Assembly (NCBI GenBank): GCA_963787125.1
Contig: CAWBBV010000012.1
Coordinates: 192,001-256,000, forward strand
DNA from: an uncultured delta proteobacterium
GTDB lineage: Bacteria; Desulfobacterota; Desulfuromonadia; Geobacterales; DSM-12255
Length of the DNA stretch: 64,000 nt
Reading direction: 5' to 3'
The position numbers and the translations under genes were made by a program. The notes under the pieces are model-generated. The model was not told the DNA's origin, searched no databases, and was given only the letters and a program-made list of their open reading frames with translations. Below are positions 50,286 to 60,523 of the stretch, piece by piece (the first letter of the stretch is position 1; every line of letters begins with the position of its first letter).

Positions 50286-52024
50286 TAAGCTGGAACCTCC
50301 GTTTGAAAAGGCAGAGATGCCTCCTTGGCAGCCCAAACATAATAATCTTCCATCTTCTTGACGCGTCCGGCAAAGGAGAACTCTTTAGTGACGCGCTCAA
50401 GGCACGCTGCACCGCAGTTTGCCCGCAAGACATCATTGCCGAGCAGAGAAATAATATGGCCTGCAAGACATTCGACATCACCGGCCGGAGCCAGGTAACC
50501 GCCACAACTGCTGTCGAGCAGTTCAGGTATCCCGCCTACTGATGTCGAAACCGCTGCCACCCCCATAGCCATGGCTTCAAGCAGTGTGTTCGGCATGCCT
50601 TCAGTTGTTGATGTCATCAGGAAAAGATCAAAAGAGGCATAGATATCAAGCAGGTCTGTGCGGTGACCGGTAAAAAGTATATTAGCTGCAAGACCGCGCC
50701 TGTTAACCTCCTCTCTGGCTTTTCCAAGCTCATCACCGTAACCGTCGCCAACAATCACAAAGATGACCTTTGGCATCTTTCGGACAACCTCCTCTGCTAC
50801 CCGGTAAAAGGTTGGCAGATCCTTTTCTACGGTGATACGGGCAACCGTACCGACGATGAACCAGTCGGCAGCTATCCCAAGTTCTGCTCTCAGTACCGGA
50901 CGTCCTTTACCTGGTTGCCACGCAGAGAGATCGATGCCGTTGGGAAGCACCGTGACGTCTGTCGCAGCGATATTTGCTGCCAAAAGTCGCTGACGGGTAT
51001 CGCGGGAAATTGTAATGATCGGTTTTAGGTGACGCTCCATCAGAAAAGTCACCAGTCTCTGGCGTAACCTGAATTTGAGGTATTGGGCTATGCCGGAAAA
51101 CTGTTCACGGTTTCCGGGGGCATATGAGTGACATGTGTGAATAATTTTAATCTTCGGGTTCATGTACGAAAGCAGCCAGCCATAAAGCATGGTCTTGTCG
51201 TCATGAGTATGGATGACCTGTAATTGATTATCAGTGATAATGCGGTTCAACTTTCCAAGGCATGACCAATCGATCATGCTGCCGTCAACAACGTCGGTAT
51301 AGTTTATTCCCAGGCGCCTGGCCATTGCGGGTATTTGAAACTCCGTATCATCAGGTTGACGAATATAAACGACCATGACATATACTTTTTCAGGGTCGTG
51401 CTGTGCAGCTGAGTTGAGGACGGTTTTATCAGGACCTCCGCCACCTTTATAAGTGCCGCGAAAATCCATGATGCGGGGAATCTTCGCCGAAATATTTATT
51501 TGTGAGACTTCTCGTTTCTTGACCTGGCAGGGAGATCCAAATGCTACGGAGTCGGCAGGAATGCTTCTGGTGACCACAGCGTTAGCGCCGACAATACAAT
51601 TGTCACCGATAGCGATCTCACCGATGATCTTGGCGCCGGCGCCGATCAGCACGTTGTCTCCGATCCTGGCAGCGTTCCCTGACCCCCCCCGATCGCCGAT
51701 GGTGACACCATGGTAAACCGTGCAGTTTTCACCCAGTGTTACGGATGGATGGAAAATAATGCCTCCGAAATGGTGAATGCGAAACCCCTTGCCTATTCTG
51801 CAACAGGCAGGGATTGAAATACCGGTAGTAATTTCGATGAAGCGTTCGCAGATGAACCGCAACGGGTGGCCGGAAATACCGCGCCGCTGCAGCCAATTGA
51901 AGAGTCGATAGGTGAGAACAGCCTGGAATCCTTGTGACAGTATTCCGGCGACAAAAGATCTGAGTGATATTTTACCGGAAGAGCTGAAACGCCTCAAATC
52001 AGTAGCTACTGCGTCAAACATCAC
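50285..52024 (-). CDS. serine-O-acetyltransferase-like (hexapeptide) - GT4 fusion
   Basis: Left-handed beta-helix repeats in aa 1-170, then GGGGPDK, VARI..EK, TEGMPNTLLEA. Confidence 0.85.
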   Translation of the reverse strand: MMFDAVATDLRRFSSSGKISLRSFVAGILSQGFQAVLTYRLFNWLQRRGISGHPLRFICERFIEITTGISIPACCRIGKGFRIHHFGGIIFHPSVTLGENCTVYHGVTIGDRGGSGNAARIGDNVLIGAGAKIIGEIAIGDNCIVGANAVVTRSIPADSVAFGSPCQVKKREVSQINISAKIPRIMDFRGTYKGGGGPDKTVLNSAAQHDPEKVYVMVVYIRQPDDTEFQIPAMARRLGINYTDVVDGSMIDWSCLGKLNRIITDNQLQVIHTHDDKTMLYGWLLSYMNPKIKIIHTCHSYAPGNREQFSGIAQYLKFRLRQRLVTFLMERHLKPIITISRDTRQRLLAANIAATDVTVLPNGIDLSAWQPGKGRPVLRAELGIAADWFIVGTVARITVEKDLPTFYRVAEEVVRKMPKVIFVIVGDGYGDELGKAREEVNRRGLAANILFTGHRTDLLDIYASFDLFLMTSTTEGMPNTLLEAMAMGVAAVSTSVGGIPELLDSSCGGYLAPAGDVECLAGHIISLLGNDVLRANCGAACLERVTKEFSFAGRVKKMEDYYVWAAKEASLPFQTEVPA

Positions 52025-52030
52025 ACCCCC

Positions 52031-53908
52031 CTAACCCACTAAATACTGCTGCTGCCAAAGCGAAAACGAAAGCAGGCTCCAAAGAAGCGTGCCGTGATTG
52101 CTTTTATGCTCCTGGTGCTCCTGCCACAGCTCTCTAATCCTCGCAACAGAGAAAAAATCTGCCAATGAGTCGTTAAGGAGCAGATGTTTGACACCCAGGC
52201 CCAGGAGGTCACTGCGGAACCAATCGTCAAGCGGCACTGTGAAACCGTGCTTGCGGCGATGGAGAATTTCCGTCGGCAGACAAGATGCAAAGGCATTTTT
52301 GAGCAGTAGTTTTTTTTGGTTTCCACGGATTTTCATTGAACTCGGTAGTGATGCGGCAAATTCAACTACACGGTAATCAAGCAGTGGTGCGCGCACTTCA
52401 AGGGAGTTAGCCATGCTCATGCGGTCCACTTTGACCAGAATATCGCCTGGAAGATATGTCTTGATATCGGTGTACAACATGCGTGTCAGATGATCCTCTC
52501 CTGACATATGGTTCCAATATTTCAGGGTATGTTCAGCCGGATCGTATCCCAGACACTGCGACTGCAGGTCAGGGGAGAGAAGACTTTCCAGACAGGCGTC
52601 ACTAATGAAAGTATTAGTTCGGTAATACGAACGTCCAGCGTTAGACAGGGCGCTCTCTGCCAGAGTGTTGGCCTTGCGCAACAGAGGACTGTTAGCCCCG
52701 CTGACGGCTCCCTTGAGTGCTCGCAGCATGAATCCGGGAACTTTCCGTCGCACCAGATCTTCTCTCATGTCAGTGATATATTTACTGTAACCGCCAAAAT
52801 TTTCGTCGCCGCCGTCTCCGGCCAGGGCAACAGTTACCACCTGCCGAGCAAGTTTTGAAACATGGAAGGTCGGTACTGCTGATGAATCTGCGAAAGGCTC
52901 GTCAAAATATCGGGGCAACACTGTTACCGTTTCCGCCAGATTATTGGCAACAACGTACTCAGAATGATTTGTATTGAAAATCTTTGCAACTTGACGCGCA
53001 TACGTGGTTTCATCGTGCCGTTTATCCTGAAAACCGATGGAACAGGTTTTTACCGGGAGCGCGGTAGATTGCGCCATCAAGGCAACTATGGCGCTCGAAT
53101 CAATGCCGCCACTTAAGAAAGCTCCCAGCGGCACATCGGCGAGCATTCGGCAGCTCGTACTGCTACTCATGAGTTCAAATAGCTCTTCAGCTTTATCATC
53201 TTCGCAGCAATGCGTCCCGCAAGATGAAAATCTCAGATCCCAGTATTCGGTGATTTTTGGCTCTGAGCCGATTTCAACTTCCATGTAGTGGCCGGGAAGA
53301 AGCTTGTAAATCCCCTTGAAGATGCTTTTAGGCGCCGGAATGTAGAGATATTTAAGATAATCGACCACCGCAGTCGGTTCGACTTCACGGCGTATTCCGG
53401 GAATCTGGAGGATTGCCTTTATCTCGGAAGCAAACGCAATCCTGTCGCCTCCTCCGAGGTAGTAGTAGAGCGGTTTTTTACCAATCCGGTCTCGTGCCAT
53501 AAAAAGCACCTTTGAATTGCGATCCCAGATTGCAAAGGCAAACATGCCGTTCAATCGGTGCAGAAAACTCCGCCCTTCCAACTGGTAGAGGGCCAGAATT
53601 ACCTCTGTGTCGGTTCTGCTTTTGAAGCTGCATCCACGTTTAATCAACCCCTCGCGCAACTCCTGAAAATTATATATTTCACCATTAAAGACGATAACAA
53701 AGCGCCCATCAGTTGAAATCATCGGCTGATTTCCAAGAGGCGAGAGATCAATGATGCTGAGACGGCGATGTCCAAGTGCAACCCACTCGTCAATATATTC
53801 ACCACTGGCATCCGGTCCGCGATGTAAAATTGTCTCCCCCATCCGTTTCAAGGTCGCTTTGTCGGACTCTGGCGAACAGCTGCGAATAAATCCTGCTATT
53901 CCGCACAC
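52031..53908 (-). CDS. asnB: asparagine synthase-like amidotransferase
   Basis: CGIAG, HRRLSIID, FLSGGIDSS, GDGGDE, KVDRMSM. Confidence 0.92.
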   Translation of the reverse strand: MCGIAGFIRSCSPESDKATLKRMGETILHRGPDASGEYIDEWVALGHRRLSIIDLSPLGNQPMISTDGRFVIVFNGEIYNFQELREGLIKRGCSFKSRTDTEVILALYQLEGRSFLHRLNGMFAFAIWDRNSKVLFMARDRIGKKPLYYYLGGGDRIAFASEIKAILQIPGIRREVEPTAVVDYLKYLYIPAPKSIFKGIYKLLPGHYMEVEIGSEPKITEYWDLRFSSCGTHCCEDDKAEELFELMSSSTSCRMLADVPLGAFLSGGIDSSAIVALMAQSTALPVKTCSIGFQDKRHDETTYARQVAKIFNTNHSEYVVANNLAETVTVLPRYFDEPFADSSAVPTFHVSKLARQVVTVALAGDGGDENFGGYSKYITDMREDLVRRKVPGFMLRALKGAVSGANSPLLRKANTLAESALSNAGRSYYRTNTFISDACLESLLSPDLQSQCLGYDPAEHTLKYWNHMSGEDHLTRMLYTDIKTYLPGDILVKVDRMSMANSLEVRAPLLDYRVVEFAASLPSSMKIRGNQKKLLLKNAFASCLPTEILHRRKHGFTVPLDDWFRSDLLGLGVKHLLLNDSLADFFSVARIRELWQEHQEHKSNHGTLLWSLLSFSLWQQQYLVG

Positions 53909-56319
53909 TTGATAACACCTCCGCGCCAAGCCACTTTTTGACTGCCGGTTAGTTCACGGTAGAGTCCAACCAGGGATGCAAGGGCAAGCATGAAAACATA
54001 ATGGAGCATGTTTATCGGAATAATCTTTCTGCAAGCAGGGACTAGCTGCCCAATCAGGGCAAGCAAAGATGAGGCGATCATCAGGTGGAAAAGGATATCC
54101 AGTGGCAGATTGGCAAGTTTTTCAGACAGGTGAATAATGCAAAGCAGTAAAAAAAGCGGAATCAAGAGAATGCCGCTGAACCAGCGGAGCAATTTGTGCG
54201 AAACGAAATTGAAAAGAAGCAGTGGTTGCGAGAGTGTCGGCACAATATCCCCCCGGAACAGACACTGGAATCCTCCGGAAATAATCCTTGCCTTGCGATC
54301 GAACTCTTCCTTCAATTCATGGATGTTGCGTTCATGCCCGAGCGCTTCCGGTTCGTGAACGACCCGATACCCCTGCCTGGCAATATCCATTGAGATTACA
54401 AAATCATCCAGAATAGTATCAGTCGGATGCCTTTGGAACAGGCCCCGACGAATAGCATACATTGCACCATCTGCACCCACCAGCGTGCCGGTGGCCCCCT
54501 CCATTTTCTGTATATAATGCTCTATGCAGTAATAAATTTTCTCTGACCGGCCATAACTGATCGAATCATTGTCCAGAAAAACTCTCCCGGAAACAGCTCC
54601 AACAGAGGGGTCATTAAAATTTCGAACCAGTTTTCGCACTGCTTTCTGGTCATAGATAACATTGGCATCAGAAAATACAACAATCTCAGATTCTATTTGC
54701 TCCATGGCATCATTAAGCGCTGCAATTTTTCCACGATTAGAATTGAAGGCTATAAGCTTGATGCCAAGTGGCTCATACTCTTTGACCAGCTTATTGGTCC
54801 TATCTGTAGACCCGTCTGAAACCACCACAATGTTCAATAATTCTTTAGGATAATCCAGCGCCAAAGATGTATGTAGCTTGCCGTGAATATGACACTCTTC
54901 GTTGAATGCACTGATGAGCAGAGTCACTTTGGGCGTATAACTGTTATCCAGCTGAATTTGCACAGGGAGCAATCTTGCCAGTATTGTGAGTAGCAGTGGA
55001 TAGCCAAGGTACATATAGAATATGACGCCTGTAAGGATGTATGCTGTCCCTTGAATCAGTAGTGCAGGATTACCAAAACCGTCTGCAACCCTTAAAATAG
55101 CTGCTGTCATGGTGCAAGCCATAAATATGGGAAGAAGCGACGGCATACGTCCCCTGACCTGTTTGTCCGTACGAACTGTTTCCCAGGTAGAAATAATCTC
55201 CCCTTTCAGTCGTAACAGAATACCCACTGCTGAAGCACTGTTCATAAGAGAGAAATAGTATGGAATGGAGAAAATAGTTCTGTAGCTCCCACTTTTATCC
55301 AACCACCAGCCTATAAGTGAAAAGAGTGAGAAAAAGCCGTAAAACGCAACGAGGCAAAGAGTTAGAGCGCTTTCAGGAGCAGATTTACTGGTGGCAATAG
55401 CCGCGAGAAAATTCAGGCAAAGGATATAAGGCGAAAACCATCTGAGTAGCTTGTGTGAGATGAGTTGCCAGGCGAATCGACCTGTCTTGATGGGGTTGCT
55501 GGCTGCTGGAACGCGTAGGAGGCCATTAAAACTGCGATTGGATATTCGGACTTTACGCGAAAATTCTTTAATGAAGTGACCGGCAGGTTTTTCAGTGCAC
55601 CAGGCCTCGGGCTCGTAAATTCCACGAAATCCTTTGGCAACGATCTGCAGCGGGTTAACAAAATCATTGATATCTGTCTCATGTAAAGGCTCGTACAGCT
55701 CGCTACGGATAGCATAGATTGCACCGTCTCCGCCCACAACCGATGAGAATGTCGACTCCCATTCCTTTATTTTGGTTTCAATATTCCAGTACGCACCTTC
55801 ACTGACCCCTGCAGCTGTTTGCAGATTTTCCACATATCGGGCGTGACCGACTACATAACCTATCTGTGCATCTGCGAAATGCCTTGTCAGACGTTTGACG
55901 GCGTGGCGTTCATACAAAGCGTTAGCATCTGAAAAGACGACAATTTCACTGTTGATATCTGCAAATGCCTGATTTAGAGCAAATGTTTTGCCACGGTGAC
56001 TATTGGATCGCACCAGAATGACACCGCTATCCCGAAATGATGTGACGATTTCATCGGTGCGATCAGTAGACGCATCCGAAACCACCATGATTGTCAGTTT
56101 TTCTCCGGGATAATCCAGTTCCAGTGCATTTCTGATTTTTGCCTCGATGACATCCTCTTCATTATAGGCTGAGATGATAAGGGTTGCAGAGGGGATATGC
56201 TCATCAGCGTAACGGTGCTTTTGCGGGAACAATCTGGCCAGAAGTGCGAGACAAAGCGGATAGCCAAGATAGATATATACCAGCAGAATGGAGGTTGAGA
56301 GCATCAAGTAAAAAGCCAT
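53896..56319 (-). CDS. tandem double GT2 glycosyltransferase
   Basis: Two modules, each with SAYNEE/SAFNEE, STDRT, FSDAN, DGAIYAIR/DGAMYAIR, RKVRI/RKARI, SHKLLRW. Confidence 0.9.
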   Translation of the reverse strand: MAFYLMLSTSILLVYIYLGYPLCLALLARLFPQKHRYADEHIPSATLIISAYNEEDVIEAKIRNALELDYPGEKLTIMVVSDASTDRTDEIVTSFRDSGVILVRSNSHRGKTFALNQAFADINSEIVVFSDANALYERHAVKRLTRHFADAQIGYVVGHARYVENLQTAAGVSEGAYWNIETKIKEWESTFSSVVGGDGAIYAIRSELYEPLHETDINDFVNPLQIVAKGFRGIYEPEAWCTEKPAGHFIKEFSRKVRISNRSFNGLLRVPAASNPIKTGRFAWQLISHKLLRWFSPYILCLNFLAAIATSKSAPESALTLCLVAFYGFFSLFSLIGWWLDKSGSYRTIFSIPYYFSLMNSASAVGILLRLKGEIISTWETVRTDKQVRGRMPSLLPIFMACTMTAAILRVADGFGNPALLIQGTAYILTGVIFYMYLGYPLLLTILARLLPVQIQLDNSYTPKVTLLISAFNEECHIHGKLHTSLALDYPKELLNIVVVSDGSTDRTNKLVKEYEPLGIKLIAFNSNRGKIAALNDAMEQIESEIVVFSDANVIYDQKAVRKLVRNFNDPSVGAVSGRVFLDNDSISYGRSEKIYYCIEHYIQKMEGATGTLVGADGAMYAIRRGLFQRHPTDTILDDFVISMDIARQGYRVVHEPEALGHERNIHELKEEFDRKARIISGGFQCLFRGDIVPTLSQPLLLFNFVSHKLLRWFSGILLIPLFLLLCIIHLSEKLANLPLDILFHLMIASSLLALIGQLVPACRKIIPINMLHYVFMLALASLVGLYRELTGSQKVAWRGGVIKCAE

Positions 56320-56387
56320 TTATCTTGCTCCTGTTAAAAAGGGACAAAAATTAACTTCCGGGTATGTATTGAATACACAGCCTTCAT

Positions 56388-57437
56388 CTATGGGATACAG
56401 CGCACAATATGCGGACCGATTAAATTTGTTAGCATTAGCGGTAGTCGCTGCCAGGCTTGAATTGCGAAGCGATACTTTGGATTATCGGGAGTTATTTCAG
56501 GTGGCGCATTCCCATCGCGTAGCTGGTATTGCCAGTAAAGCTGCACCATCCTCGCACCCCACTGCTTCTTGAATTGATAGGTCCCTTCTCCGGGAGTTGA
56601 ACGACCGAAATCTAATTTGCGGGCGCCCATATCAATGGCAAAACGAATAACCTGCCAGTAAAGGAGATTATTGGGACAAAACGAGCGAAAATCCCTATTG
56701 GATGAAGCCCACGGCACTTCAAGAGTATTTTTGTACCAAGTCAATAGTGCTGCTGCGATGGTGTTACCGTTATGAACCACAGCAATGATCCGGGTAGTTG
56801 TGGGGAACTCTTCCAATACATTTTGAAAGAAATTTCGACCATAGACCGGTGTTCCCAGATCGCGCATATTTCTGCAAAACACATCATAAAAACCGTCCAA
56901 AAGCTCCAAGCCTCCCTCTACCGTTGATAAGCCGGACTTTTCAGCTTTGCGAATCTGATTGCGCACCTTGGGATCAAGATCTTTCCACTGCTCTTCTTCA
57001 CTTGTTTTCAGGTCGAGAATCATGGTGACCTTATGGCTTCTGGTAGAATCAGTGTCAGCAGCAATCTTAAAATGACGAAGCTCGATATGATCAACTCCGG
57101 TTCCAATCAGCATTTTTCGGGATGCATTCAACAACTTGTCGGCAACATTCTGCTCTGAAGCGAGCAGACCGCCGTAATTGAAAAATGGTAAAGAAACCAG
57201 AAATGACCCGAATATTCTGCTTTTCATCCGGACAAAAGGGAGTACACCGCAGATTTTGTTGTCACGATTGGTAGCTGCCAGATACATTGTTCTGTGGCCA
57301 AAACTTTTTTCCACAACATTCCGCCAGCCATACTGGTGATAATTTGTACTCTCCTCATGAGCCGTTACAAAAGCATCCCAGGCGCTGCCGTTTTCGTTAT
57401 ACAAGCAAGTATTGATTTCCATAAACACCAGCCTCAT
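56388..57437 (-). CDS. FemAB-family protein, XrtA/PEP-CTERM system-associated type
   Basis: KVRNQIRKA, NMRDLGTPV, DFGRS, FKKQWG. Confidence 0.9.
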   Translation of the reverse strand: MRLVFMEINTCLYNENGSAWDAFVTAHEESTNYHQYGWRNVVEKSFGHRTMYLAATNRDNKICGVLPFVRMKSRIFGSFLVSLPFFNYGGLLASEQNVADKLLNASRKMLIGTGVDHIELRHFKIAADTDSTRSHKVTMILDLKTSEEEQWKDLDPKVRNQIRKAEKSGLSTVEGGLELLDGFYDVFCRNMRDLGTPVYGRNFFQNVLEEFPTTTRIIAVVHNGNTIAAALLTWYKNTLEVPWASSNRDFRSFCPNNLLYWQVIRFAIDMGARKLDFGRSTPGEGTYQFKKQWGARMVQLYWQYQLRDGNAPPEITPDNPKYRFAIQAWQRLPLMLTNLIGPHIVRCIP

Positions 57438-57689
57438 TTAACATAGGAAAACATTAAGAATCTATTCGGCGCTGCATATCTTTACTAATCACGATTCATG
57501 CCACAAATAATAGTGATTATTTACAGATTGTTAGAGCTTATAGCGGTTCATAATGACTGTTAAGGAGAGGACTGAATCCTACAGATGAAGTGGTGAGAAA
57601 GGCTTATTTGCGGGAGGTTACGTGGTTGTTAATAATATTTACTTTGTTATTTTTTTGCTGAGGTGAAGTTGCGACCACTTACAAATTTT

Positions 57690-58691
57690 CTACGGCACCA
57701 ATACTCCTGCTCCGATGATCCGCCCTGCACGCAAGGCAGCCAGCGCTTCGTTGGCATTTTTTAGAGGGAAAACCTCAACCTTTGTCGCAACCGGTATCCG
57801 GGGGGCCAATTGCAGAAACTCTTCACCGTCGAGACGGGTCAGATTGGCCACAGAAACAAGTTTTCGCTCGCCCCATAACAGTTCATAGGGAAAACCGGGG
57901 ATCGCACTCATATGAATGCCGCCACAGACCACAGTACCGCCTTTGCAGATCGCTCCAAGAGCCAGCGGCACCAATTCACCGGCAGGGGCGAATATGATGG
58001 CTGCATCCAGTTCGACAGGCGGTTTGTCGGTTGCGGCTCCGGCCCAGCAGGCGCCCATTTCCATAGCAAAGCCCTGCCCTATTGCATCACCAGCACGAGT
58101 GAACGCATAAACCTGCCGTTTCTCCCAGATTGCCACCTGAGTCACAATATGCGCTGCAGAACCGAATCCATAAATCCCCAGTCGTTTACCCGTGCCGGCC
58201 ATTCGCAGGGCCCGGTAACCGATCAGGCCTGCGCAGAGCAGCGGCGCAGCCTGTGTGGCTGGATAATCCTCCGGTATTGTGAAACAGAATGCCGCCTTGG
58301 CAGTGCAGAATTCGGCAAAACCACCGCTGCGCTGATAGCCGGTAAAGATCGCCTCATCACAAAGATTCTCCTGCCCACTCAGGCAGTATCTGCATCTGCC
58401 GCACGTTCCGCCCAGCCAAGGGACCCCCACCAGGTCACCCTGGTGAAAGCCTTTCACCCCCTTTCCAACCGCTTCCACCAGACCCACTATCTGGTGACCC
58501 GGTATCAAGGGAAGACGTGGTTCGCTCAACTCCCCATCGACGACATGCAGGTCTGTGCGGCAGATGCCGCACGCCTGCACCTTGAGAAGGAGTTCCCCGG
58601 CGCCAGCTACAGGGATCGGCAGTTTTGTAGCCTTGAGCAGTTCACCGGGATTTTCCAGCACCATCGCATGCATATACGGCTCATGAATCAT
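57690..58691 (-). CDS. zinc-binding alcohol dehydrogenase family protein
   Basis: CGICRTDLH, PGHQ, CGRCRYC, LLCAG, YGFG. Confidence 0.92.
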   Translation of the reverse strand: MIHEPYMHAMVLENPGELLKATKLPIPVAGAGELLLKVQACGICRTDLHVVDGELSEPRLPLIPGHQIVGLVEAVGKGVKGFHQGDLVGVPWLGGTCGRCRYCLSGQENLCDEAIFTGYQRSGGFAEFCTAKAAFCFTIPEDYPATQAAPLLCAGLIGYRALRMAGTGKRLGIYGFGSAAHIVTQVAIWEKRQVYAFTRAGDAIGQGFAMEMGACWAGAATDKPPVELDAAIIFAPAGELVPLALGAICKGGTVVCGGIHMSAIPGFPYELLWGERKLVSVANLTRLDGEEFLQLAPRIPVATKVEVFPLKNANEALAALRAGRIIGAGVLVP

Positions 58692-58704
58692 CTTTTGTTG
58701 CCGC

Positions 58705-59208
58705 CTATTCTACGGATATTTTTCGTACCTGCTGCTTTTCAATCTCGGACTTGGGCATTCTTATTTCCAGAACCCCATCCTTGAATGTTGCCCTGGTTTT
58801 GTCAATCTCGATTTCAATCGGGAGGTACAGTTTTCGGCTGAATGAGCCGAAAGAGCGCTCAACACGGTAATAATCCTTACGTTCAGTCTTCTCTTCGGAT
58901 TTTTTCTCACCGGAGATAGTTACAATATTATCCGTAAAATCGATACTTATCTCATCTTTTTTCATACCCGGGATTTCTGCCTTGATTACGAGCTCAGCCC
59001 CCTCCTCATACATATCAACCGAGGTAGATACGTCAGCAAACTCGGGTAGCTTGACCCGCGGCATCCATGACGGCGCAAAAAACCGTTTCTGGAAAAAGTC
59101 ATCAAACATCCGCTCCATATCCTCTAGCGGCGAAGAGTATCTCTGTAACTTGCTTTTACGCTCTTCAGCAGTTTTTTTGACGGCTACTTCCTGTTTGTCA
59201 TCTGACAT
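58705..59208 (-). CDS. Hsp20 small heat shock protein
   Basis: ERSFGSFSR, ATFKDGVLEI. Confidence 0.93.
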   Translation of the reverse strand: MSDDKQEVAVKKTAEERKSKLQRYSSPLEDMERMFDDFFQKRFFAPSWMPRVKLPEFADVSTSVDMYEEGAELVIKAEIPGMKKDEISIDFTDNIVTISGEKKSEEKTERKDYYRVERSFGSFSRKLYLPIEIEIDKTRATFKDGVLEIRMPKSEIEKQQVRKISVE

Positions 59209-59228
59209 TTTTTTGTCTCCTTATATTG

Positions 59229-59627
59229 TTATGCCGCCTTGATATCAATTTTGCGAGGCTTGGCAGCTTCTGCAACAGGCACCCTCAACGTCAGGAGCCC
59301 GTTGACTAGCTCGGCTTTTGCTTTTTCGTGGTTTAAAGATTCCGGAATTGTAAACTGGCGGTAGTAGTGAGCAAGCTCGAATTCCGAGTAAATTGGTTGA
59401 CCTTGTGCACGATACGAGGTCGGAGCATTAATGGTCAGGATACCTTGCTCGACGGTGACATTCAGGGTCTCTTTAGTTGCGCCGGGAAGGTCAGCAATCA
59501 AAATCAAACCCGTTGCAGTTTCGATTATATCCACAGCCGGCGTGATGTAACGTTCGCTGTCCCTGGTTGTCTCACGAGCCTGGATATTTTTTTCTTCATT
59601 TCTTTTGGTTATACTGGTATCTCTCAT
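59229..59627 (-). CDS. Hsp20 small heat shock protein
   Basis: PAVDI, ADLPG, NGLLTLRVP. Confidence 0.92.
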   Translation of the reverse strand: MRDTSITKRNEEKNIQARETTRDSERYITPAVDIIETATGLILIADLPGATKETLNVTVEQGILTINAPTSYRAQGQPIYSEFELAHYYRQFTIPESLNHEKAKAELVNGLLTLRVPVAEAAKPRKIDIKAA

Positions 59628-59671
59628 GGAAATAACTCTCCTTTTATCATGTAATTATTTAACTAATACGG

Positions 59672-60121
59672 CTAAACAGCCTTAATTTCGATTTTTTTAG
59701 CTTTCGCATGTTCAGCCTTGGCCAGCACTACCTGAATGATACCGTCCTTACATTCGGCCTTGATCTTGTCAGGATTGATATCGGTCGGAAGCTCCAGTGT
59801 CCGGGAGAACTTGCCAATGCCGAGTTCACAGCGATGCACAATCTGATTTTCATGAGCTTCAAAAGGCTTACGTTCGCCACTGATGGTGATGCTGTTCCTC
59901 ACGACTGAAAGATCAATATGTTTCGGATCAACTCCAGGTATGAGTGCTTCAAAATATAGATTTGCAGCGTCTTCGCTGAAGTTGACCAGCGGAAAGCGAC
60001 GCGAAGTTAATGGCGCAAGAAACGTTGTGCCAAAGGGACGATCCAGTCCCGCGCCACTGAATGCTTCGTTGATCTGTCGCCTCATATTGTCCAGCTCTCT
60101 AAACGTATCCCAGTTTGCCAT
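59672..60121 (-). CDS. Hsp20 small heat shock protein
   Basis: FPLVN, PGVD, GKFSRTLELP. Confidence 0.92.
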   Translation of the reverse strand: MANWDTFRELDNMRRQINEAFSGAGLDRPFGTTFLAPLTSRRFPLVNFSEDAANLYFEALIPGVDPKHIDLSVVRNSITISGERKPFEAHENQIVHRCELGIGKFSRTLELPTDINPDKIKAECKDGIIQVVLAKAEHAKAKKIEIKAV

Positions 60122-60523
60122 CTTGAATTCCTCCTTACCAGATTAGGTCCTCCAGAAGTCAAAACAGTAATCATGCCAATCTGCTAATGCAAATACTTCT
60201 GTAATTACAGCTGGATACTATAATTATTATTAACTAGACATGTTAACTTCACAACCATGAGAACCAGACAAATCAAATTAAAAATCGATAACTGGCTGAT
60301 TTTATGATGATATCTCTCCATGTAAAAATTTATCCAAATTCACACTTCTTAACAGCTGAAATCGATAAGTAAATATGGCGAGAGCTTTGAACCTGAGGTG
60401 ACTGTATATTTAATTATCAGCGGCATGATTGGATGAAACCGAGTGGTAAAAAGCGAATTCTACGTTAAACTGAGTATAAGATTAGTAAGATACAATAAAG
60501 TGTTGATTTTCAGGAGATATAAA

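Noticed and set aside
57912..58784. 290-aa antisense ORF and similar long shadow ORFs (13518-14162, 16788-17465, 31682-32335, 37232-37969)
   Set aside because: Lie largely or wholly antisense to well-supported genes and have no motifs
60160..60182. sigma54 promoter for the Hsp20 genes (TTGGCATGATTACTGT, minus)
   Set aside because: The -12 GC is not conserved; too weak to call
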